Shown here piece by piece: positions 58,071-64,000 of a DNA stretch of 64,000 nt. The DNA lies in the IMG/VR virus record IMGVR_UViG_3300025410_000018; one strand, 5' to 3'. Numbering within the stretch: position 1 is the first letter of the stretch; the number at the start of each line of letters is the position of its first letter. Position numbers and translations under genes: made by a program. The DNA is from an uncultured virus (IMG/VR IMGVR_UViG_3300025410_000018). Lineage: Duplodnaviria; Heunggongvirae; Uroviricota; Caudoviricetes. Under the pieces are notes generated by a model. The model saw only the letters and a list, made by a program, of their open reading frames with translations, was not told the DNA's origin and ran no database searches.

Positions 58071-58088
58071 TTTAAAAGGAGAGTTGAA

Positions 58089-58265
58089 ATGCGAGTAATG
58101 ATATGTTTAGAGTTTGAAGGTGTTGATTGTAATAGTGAACAGGCTGATGCGATTATTGAGTCTATCAATGCAGACTGCGAGACTATGCAAGTTGCGTTTG
58201 ATGCTACGAGTTGTTGGATTGATGATGCGTTTAATGAGGAGAAAGAAGATGAAGAATCTAATTGA
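58089..58265 (+). CDS. 58-aa acidic protein (not in ORF track)
   Basis: AAGGAG RBS; MRVMICLEFEGVDCNSEQAD... Confidence 0.6.
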   Translation: MRVMICLEFEGVDCNSEQADAIIESINADCETMQVAFDATSCWIDDAFNEEKEDEESN

Positions 58266-58401
58266 GTGGTTGTTGATGCTGGTGTTTGGTGTTGTGTTTG
58301 GCATTATGTTTTGGTCTGCGTTTTTTGATGTGAACTTTGTGGAGGTTATCTCCACAAGAATGTCTAATGTTTTTATTAACTTGTTAGGGAGTGTTGTATG
58401 A
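58249..58401 (+). CDS. small membrane protein
   Basis: GAGGAG RBS; MKNLIEWLLMLVFGVVFGIMFW. Confidence 0.5.
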   Translation: MKNLIEWLLMLVFGVVFGIMFWSAFFDVNFVEVISTRMSNVFINLLGSVV

Positions 58402-58574
58402 ATGATTTAGATTACTGGTTGGCACACGCCAACGCAAGACGTATGGTTGAGACAGGCGGTGGGTTTCATCATGCACTAGGTAGGTTGTTCTTCAAGGCAG
58501 ATAGCAGTAATGCTAGGCGATTAATAGATGCGTTCCCACATGAGTTCTTAAAAAAGGAGAGTGATGATGAGTGA
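58398..58574 (+). CDS. small protein (GGGF..ALG...AD..N..RL..AFP; not in ORF track)
   Basis: Read manually MNDLDYWLAHANARRMVETGGGF... Confidence 0.6.
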   Translation: MNDLDYWLAHANARRMVETGGGFHHALGRLFFKADSSNARRLIDAFPHEFLKKESDDE

Positions 58575-58773
58575 TGGTAGCCCGAATTTATTTACTGTGT
58601 ATATAAGTGAGACGTTCTCAGGGTATGTGAATGTTGAAGCAGATAGTAAAGATGAAGCCGAAGAACGAGCAAGGGAACTTTTAGATAGTGGTTTGATAAA
58701 CCCATGCGAGGACTTTGATGGTGATTGTATTATTGAAGCAGAGAAATATGCTGAGGAGAGTGATGATGAATGA
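58561..58773 (+). CDS. small acidic hypothetical protein
   Basis: VEADSKDEAEERA motif common in phage early genes. Confidence 0.65.
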   Translation: MMMSDGSPNLFTVYISETFSGYVNVEADSKDEAEERARELLDSGLINPCEDFDGDCIIEAEKYAEESDDE

Positions 58774-58945
58774 AGATTTGAAGCCACATAGTTTTGTGGC
58801 ACGCTGTGTTGATATGAATAGTGATGCCAAGTTAGTTAAGCATAAGGTTACGTATGTTGTGAATAACGTAGACAGGGAATGGGTTGTGATGGCTAAAGAC
58901 CCAATGGACGCAATAAAGAAAACGCAAGAATACTTGGGGGTTTAG
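58766..58945 (+). CDS. hypothetical protein
   Basis: GAGGAG RBS; MAKDPMDAI. Confidence 0.55.
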   Translation: MNEDLKPHSFVARCVDMNSDAKLVKHKVTYVVNNVDREWVVMAKDPMDAIKKTQEYLGV

Positions 58946-58949
58946 TCAA

Positions 58950-59180
58950 ATGAAAGCAAGAACACAAACCGAATTAGACAGAATGTGGAAACGCAGAGGG
59001 TTAAAACCTGCCGAACGTATTAGTAAAACCAACGGCATACTACGCACGTGGTTGTACGCCAAGACAGGTAGGGAACTAGACAAGATGCGTCATGGCTTAA
59101 AAGATTTATTAGTCGACACGATAGCCATGCGTAGAAATAAGCAGACTGTACCTGACTGCCCGAAGTATAGATGGGTGTGA
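58950..59180 (+). CDS. hypothetical protein
   Basis: ORF in early operon. Confidence 0.55.
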   Translation: MKARTQTELDRMWKRRGLKPAERISKTNGILRTWLYAKTGRELDKMRHGLKDLLVDTIAMRRNKQTVPDCPKYRWV

Positions 59181-59181
59181 T

Positions 59182-59340
59182 GTGAAGTATAAGCATAGGC
59201 ATGCGAAGTTAATCAAAGCGTGGGCTGATGGTGCAGTTATTCAATACAAGCACAGAACTATAAACAAATGGTTCGACTGTGAGAATAACAATCCAAGATG
59301 GCACATATCTATTAAATACAGAATCAAAAAGGAGAAGTGA
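59182..59340 (+). CDS. 52-aa protein of the HAxLIKAWADG...YRIK type (not in ORF track)
   Basis: GTG start; HRHAKLIKAWADGAVIQ...PRW...YRIK. Confidence 0.65.
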   Translation: MKYKHRHAKLIKAWADGAVIQYKHRTINKWFDCENNNPRWHISIKYRIKKEK

Positions 59341-59341
59341 A

Positions 59342-59785
59342 ATGGGTTATAGAAGCGAAGTAGCATACGTTATTAACTTTAGTAGTAAAGAGAAGCGTGA
59401 CGATTATATTAACGTAGTGTTAGCAACAGGTGATACGCATTTGATTGACGCACTAAAAGATTGTGATGTGCCGTTTGATTCTTCGCACGATACTCGTATT
59501 AACTTCTACGCTATTGATGTGAAGTGGTATGACTCGTATGAAGATGTTAAGGCACACACTAAGTTATACAGTTGGGCAGTCGAGTTGTATCCTGACGATT
59601 GTGGGTATCGGTTTATATGTATCGGCGAAGAGGAAGGTGACATTGAGAATGATTCCGATGGCGAGGGTGATTGGATACCTGACGATGACTTTTACACCTA
59701 CACATCTATGGAAGTTCCGTTCAACACACAGTATGACAAGTTTGATTTAGATAAATATTTATTAACCAAAAAGGAGGAAGCGTAA
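59342..59785 (+). CDS. acidic hypothetical protein
   Basis: AGGAG RBS; MGYRSEVAY...VKWYDSY...IGEE. Confidence 0.75.
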   Translation: MGYRSEVAYVINFSSKEKRDDYINVVLATGDTHLIDALKDCDVPFDSSHDTRINFYAIDVKWYDSYEDVKAHTKLYSWAVELYPDDCGYRFICIGEEEGDIENDSDGEGDWIPDDDFYTYTSMEVPFNTQYDKFDLDKYLLTKKEEA

Positions 59786-60309
59786 TGGAAGGACTAGGCA
59801 AACTACAACCACTAGAAAAGGAAAAGCAAATGAATGAGTATATCATCACAGGTTTATCAGGTAATCAATATCAACCAATGGACACAGCACCTATACCACA
59901 CACACCAACCATCAAGGAGTTATTCAATACGCTAGCAACAACCATGCAACAACTAGGCTCTCTTATTGAGAGTCACTATCATCAGTCTTCTCAGGACAGT
60001 TTAGTTGAGGCTGTGGATACGGCGTTGGAAAACGCTGATTGGCTTTACGCTAAGTTGTCTGACTCTGTGGATAAACGCTATGACATCGAGGATATGGTTA
60101 AGGAAGGTATGCGAGACCTTATCGAGCATGGGATACATGAGCATTTCAGTCACCAGTTTGATTTAGAAGAACACGTAGATGTGCGTGATGCCTTAGATGA
60201 CATTGTGTGCGACAGGATAGAAGACGCAGTAAAAGAAGCAATAGAGGATTTGTTAGAAGACGCAGTAGACAAAGCCCTCAAGACAGCATCAGTAAGAATC
60301 GAGTTTTAA
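59785..60309 (+). CDS. acidic helical hypothetical protein
   Basis: GGAGG RBS; Asp/Glu-rich C-terminal half. Confidence 0.65.
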   Translation: MEGLGKLQPLEKEKQMNEYIITGLSGNQYQPMDTAPIPHTPTIKELFNTLATTMQQLGSLIESHYHQSSQDSLVEAVDTALENADWLYAKLSDSVDKRYDIEDMVKEGMRDLIEHGIHEHFSHQFDLEEHVDVRDALDDIVCDRIEDAVKEAIEDLLEDAVDKALKTASVRIEF

Positions 60310-60354
60310 TAACCACGTGGAGAAAACCTCCACAACAACTTAAGGAGAAGCAAA

Positions 60355-61083
60355 ATGCCTGTAACGGCTAAACTAACAATACCTGTAACTATGTATACGT
60401 ATGACGAACTCGACGCTCATGCTAGAGAAAAGCCACGCCAAGACTTCATTGAGCATTGGGTAGAAGATTGGTGGGCAAACGAGTTACTTGATGAGTATAA
60501 AGCCGAAGGGCTTGAGTATGGGTTTGGTATTGAGGTTATAAACTACACAGGCTTTCATTCTCAAGGTGATGGTGCTTGTTGGGTTGGTCATGTGGGTATG
60601 CTTAAGTTTATTGATATGTTTGGTGGCAATAGCATAGGCTTCGAAGCATGGCGTTGTTTGTTTCAATCTGTTTGGGGTGGTGCTGCTAACGTCGGCATAT
60701 ATCGTTCAAGTAGTAGGTATTATCACAGCGAGACAATGTGCGTTGAGAGTATGGACTACGATATTGGTGCGTATATGAATCGAGGTGACACCATAACAAC
60801 GGACTCAATATTAAAAGGTATGACGTTCGATAATGCGTATGAACTAATCCAAGCAGATGCAGATTGCCAATACAAAACACCTGAGAGTATTCAAGAGTGG
60901 GTGTTAGAAGAAGCCAAGCGATACGCTAACACTATATATAAGAAGTTGTATGAAGCGTATGAGTACGAGTGTAGTGACGAGAATATCGCTGAGGTTTACA
61001 CGTGTAACAACGTGTATTTTAATGAGAAGGGAGGTCAAGTAGATAGCAGTTTAGTAGATATTTATATGAGTCAAGTAGCATAA
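60355..61083 (+). CDS. conserved early protein
   Basis: YTYDEL..AREK, YTGFHSQGDGA, YYHSETM motifs. Confidence 0.75.
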   Translation: MPVTAKLTIPVTMYTYDELDAHAREKPRQDFIEHWVEDWWANELLDEYKAEGLEYGFGIEVINYTGFHSQGDGACWVGHVGMLKFIDMFGGNSIGFEAWRCLFQSVWGGAANVGIYRSSSRYYHSETMCVESMDYDIGAYMNRGDTITTDSILKGMTFDNAYELIQADADCQYKTPESIQEWVLEEAKRYANTIYKKLYEAYEYECSDENIAEVYTCNNVYFNEKGGQVDSSLVDIYMSQVA

Positions 61084-61111
61084 ACAAACTAACAACCTAA
61101 AGGAAAATACT

Positions 61112-62095
61112 ATGATAAGTTATACAGATGCATTAAACAAATACAACAAAGCACAAGCACCAAAGCACAGTAGAAGATGGTTAAATATGCCCGATCATGC
61201 ACGCTATTTGAGAGGTGTTGGCATGACACACTACGGCATACATCAACGTGACAACGGCGAGGTTTATTATCGTTGCTACGATACAGAGTTAGTTAAATTT
61301 TATCCACCCAACGAGCAAGGCGAGTATAAGGTAGAGGTCAAGTTCGTTAACACCCCAACAACAACTATGTTTTTAGACAATCATCGGTTGAACTATGGCT
61401 ATTTAGAAACAAGTTGTGGTAAGACTGTATACGTTCCGTATGTTCAGAGTGGTGGCTATCGTACTGCTGCCGTGACTGCTAGTTTGGTGTTTAATGCGTC
61501 GAACAAACTCATACTAGATAAATCATGGCATGAGGACATCTACACTAAGATATCGTCAACCGAAGACAAACGCAAACGCAAGCACTTACGTGAAGCCATC
61601 AAACATTTAGTTATGCTCAACGAGTTCAGACTACCACAATATAAATCCGACGCTACGTTAGACGGCAACTTAGGTATGCCGTTCGGCACAGGATACAAAG
61701 AACCATTTAGTTTCCAAGAACTGCGACGTGTAATTTCGTCAGAGTCTAACAGCATGCTTGATGTAGGTTCATTCAACTTCAACAGCGATAGATTCATTCA
61801 TGCAGTTATGCTAACAGGTCAAGACGTATTCAACATTCTAGCTAGTCAGCGTGGCTATGCATTAAATGCGTTCCGTTACTTCTACAGGCATGGTAAATCA
61901 GCAGAGGAGTTAGCAGAGCATGACAATATGATACGACTTCTACACAATCAAGTCATAGAAAGCGTATCGCCTGAAGACTTTAACAAATCGTTTACTAACA
62001 AGTTACTGAGTGTTTTCAATATCAAGCAAGGCACTACGCTTAAGGCTTGGGGGCAGTTCCGTGACAAGTTACCCCATAAATGGTATACAAAATAA
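61112..62095 (+). CDS. early hypothetical protein
   Basis: 327-aa ORF with AAGGA RBS. Confidence 0.75.
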   Translation: MISYTDALNKYNKAQAPKHSRRWLNMPDHARYLRGVGMTHYGIHQRDNGEVYYRCYDTELVKFYPPNEQGEYKVEVKFVNTPTTTMFLDNHRLNYGYLETSCGKTVYVPYVQSGGYRTAAVTASLVFNASNKLILDKSWHEDIYTKISSTEDKRKRKHLREAIKHLVMLNEFRLPQYKSDATLDGNLGMPFGTGYKEPFSFQELRRVISSESNSMLDVGSFNFNSDRFIHAVMLTGQDVFNILASQRGYALNAFRYFYRHGKSAEELAEHDNMIRLLHNQVIESVSPEDFNKSFTNKLLSVFNIKQGTTLKAWGQFRDKLPHKWYTK

Positions 62096-62218
62096 AATTA
62101 AACAAATTACTTGAAAGGAAATAAAAACTATGTAAAAATATATACATAACTAAATCAGGGAGAGACAACTCTCCCAAACGTATTAACAAACAACTATATT
62201 TACTTAAAGGAAAATCGT

Positions 62219-63343
62219 ATGACAATGCTTTCATTTACTCAAGTTGCAAATCTTATTAAACGTGTTGGTCACAAGCGTACTATTATCGTGCAGGGCGAGA
62301 ATGGTATCGGTAAGACTGGCTTGTTTCACTTCCTCGCTAAAGACCCGTTCTTTGCTAATCATATTCACGTTGACCCTATCGACTGCACGCAGTTGTCTGA
62401 CGGCTCGGTGTGGATGCCTGATATTGACAGAGAGTTGGGTGTATCACGTGAGTTACCTAACGAACGCTTCGGTGTTAATACCAAGAATCAGAAAGGTATC
62501 AATGGTGCTAGACCATCATTCATATTCTTAGACGAGATAGCTAAGGCTAAGCAGTTTATCAAGGACGTGCTAGCACCGATTGTTTATGAGCGTCGTGTTG
62601 GTAACTACCACATGGCTGAGGGTAGCGTTGTGTTCTGTGCTACTAACTTATCGGCTGAGGGCTTGGGTGATTCTATTCAGGCTCACTTACGTAATCGTCT
62701 AGTCTTTGTCACTATGCGTAAGCCTACGCAACAGGAGTGGTCAGCATGGGCTATCAATCGTGGTGGTATGGCGAGTGAGGTGCTTGCGTTTGCTGAGCAG
62801 TATCCACGTATATTCGATTCATTCCTTGACTATGAGGAAGGTGGCAAGTTCTCAGGCAAGGCGATGGAGAAAGATAACGATATGATATTTAACCCACGCG
62901 TTATGCAGACTGCATACGCTAGCCCTCGTTCGTTACATGGTGCGTCTGACATTGTGTTAGAGAAAGATTACTTAGATGCCGACACACTTCAACACGCTTT
63001 AGAGGGTACGATTGGTAAGCCTACTGCCGATGCTATGGGTGCGTATATCAGGTTCGGTAACGAGAACCCTGACTATCAAGATATTATCAAGAGTCCAACG
63101 ACTGCACGTGTAGCCGACAGTCCTGTTGCACAGATTGTTATGGCGTTCAAGTTGATTACTAACTGCGACTCACGTGAGGAAGCTGAGGCATCGACTATCT
63201 ATACACAACGCTTACGCAACGAGATGCAGTCTATCTTCTGTAACACAGTAGCAAACAGTACGACTAAGATTAGCAACTTCATCACAGTCGCACCATTTCA
63301 GAAGATGTTAGCTGACAACAAGATTTATTTCACAACTAAGTAA
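62219..63343 (+). CDS. AAA+ ATPase (MoxR-like)
   Basis: Walker A GENGIGKT, Walker B IFLDE, ATN sensor, LRNR, SPRS. Confidence 0.88.
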   Translation: MTMLSFTQVANLIKRVGHKRTIIVQGENGIGKTGLFHFLAKDPFFANHIHVDPIDCTQLSDGSVWMPDIDRELGVSRELPNERFGVNTKNQKGINGARPSFIFLDEIAKAKQFIKDVLAPIVYERRVGNYHMAEGSVVFCATNLSAEGLGDSIQAHLRNRLVFVTMRKPTQQEWSAWAINRGGMASEVLAFAEQYPRIFDSFLDYEEGGKFSGKAMEKDNDMIFNPRVMQTAYASPRSLHGASDIVLEKDYLDADTLQHALEGTIGKPTADAMGAYIRFGNENPDYQDIIKSPTTARVADSPVAQIVMAFKLITNCDSREEAEASTIYTQRLRNEMQSIFCNTVANSTTKISNFITVAPFQKMLADNKIYFTTK

Positions 63344-63352
63344 GGAGAAGCC

Positions 63353-64000
63353 ATGAGTACAGTATTTGATCGTATGTCCCCTGACCAACGCTTGATTGCT
63401 ATTAACGTAGACTTCACGCATCACAAAGAGTTTGCTAAGTTATCAGGCGTTGCCTGTGTCGGTGTTAACATTTTCACCGACGAGTTATCAACAGCAGGCA
63501 CTAACGGCAGAGACGTTATGTATAACCCTGAGTTTGTTATGAAGCAGAGCCGTAAGCAGTTACGCTTTGTTGTTGCCCATGAGACATTACATAAAGCCTT
63601 GCGTCATTGCACAGAGTATGACGAGATATGTAAACGTGAGCCGACTGCTAGTAATATCGCTATGGACTATGTTGTTAACGCTATGATTCACGAAGCCGAC
63701 CCTAACCTTGAGTTCGTCGAGTGGACTACTGACCCTGAGCCGTTGTTACATCAGAAGTATTATGGCTGGTCATTCGTTCAGGTTCTCAAAGATATTATGC
63801 AGAACTCTAAGACAATCAACGTCAAGCCTAAAGGTGATGGCGATGATGATGGCGATGGTGACATCAAGATGCGTGTGTTCTTTGACCCTGATGGCAAGCC
63901 GATTGACGCTGACTTTGATTCGCATATCATTGGTAAGATTTCAGATGACATCAAAGAAACCAACGACAGACAGATTAGTGATGCCAACCATCAAGGTAGT
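63353..64000 (+). CDS. metallopeptidase of the DUF2201/VWA-associated type, truncated by window end
   Basis: AAGGAG RBS; TAGTNGRDVMYNPEF...VAHETLHKALRH...NIAMDYVVN; follows AAA ATPase. Confidence 0.8.
   Translation, partial: MSTVFDRMSPDQRLIAINVDFTHHKEFAKLSGVACVGVNIFTDELSTAGTNGRDVMYNPEFVMKQSRKQLRFVVAHETLHKALRHCTEYDEICKREPTASNIAMDYVVNAMIHEADPNLEFVEWTTDPEPLLHQKYYGWSFVQVLKDIMQNSKTINVKPKGDGDDDGDGDIKMRVFFDPDGKPIDADFDSHIIGKISDDIKETNDRQISDANHQGS

Larger units (their letters stand above)
56139..60333. promoter_or_regulatory. dispersed 17-bp palindromic operator-like motif GTGGAG-N5-CTCCAC, 4 copies
   Basis: 56139-56155, 56702-56718 (inverted), 58339-58355 (inverted, 1 mismatch), 60317-60333. Confidence 0.7.

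Noticed and set aside
62158..62175. GGGAGAG-ACAA-CTCTCCC hairpin as a fifth copy of the 17-bp motif
   Set aside because: Arm sequence and spacing differ from GTGGAG-N5-CTCCAC.
1..64000. Stop-codon reassignment, introns or inteins in core genes
   Set aside because: Polymerase, terminase, portal, helicase and capsid ORFs are continuous and of ordinary length in the standard code.

Overview
This window is most of a tailed dsDNA bacteriophage genome (Caudoviricetes) with podovirus-like architecture. It has no tape-measure/tail-tube module, large ejection proteins, and tail tubular A/B-like genes. There are three blocks. (1) 1-14250 (+): small accessory genes, then a replication module (VRR-NUC nuclease, family A DNA polymerase, Cas4-like exonuclease, HNH, SNF2 helicase, SSB-like protein, primase-helicase). 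(2) 14232-55451 (-): the morphogenesis and lysis operon, in transcription order terminase, portal, GroES, scaffold, Mu gpT-like major capsid, small basic head proteins, adaptor/tail proteins, fibres, holin/GH19 endolysin, nozzle and internal virion proteins including a 2548-aa polyvalent protein. (3) 55800-64000 (+): early genes, a probable replication origin and an AAA ATPase/metallopeptidase pair cut by the window end. I saw no integrase, tRNA, CRISPR array or reverse transcriptase. The most striking unexplained structure is an array of small genes at 975-2854 whose junctions all share one ~25-30 bp motif, so unrelated ORFs end in the same peptide; this looks like a cassette-shuffling system. 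Other notable signals: a recurring hydrophobic-x-x-GG motif in many virion proteins, a pseudoknotted RNA (possibly Mu-gpT-DE) detached from the capsid gene, a candidate anti-Shine-Dalgarno sRNA, a four-copy 17-bp operator, and a frameshifted holin-like gene. All functional calls come from motif recognition by eye, not database searches.
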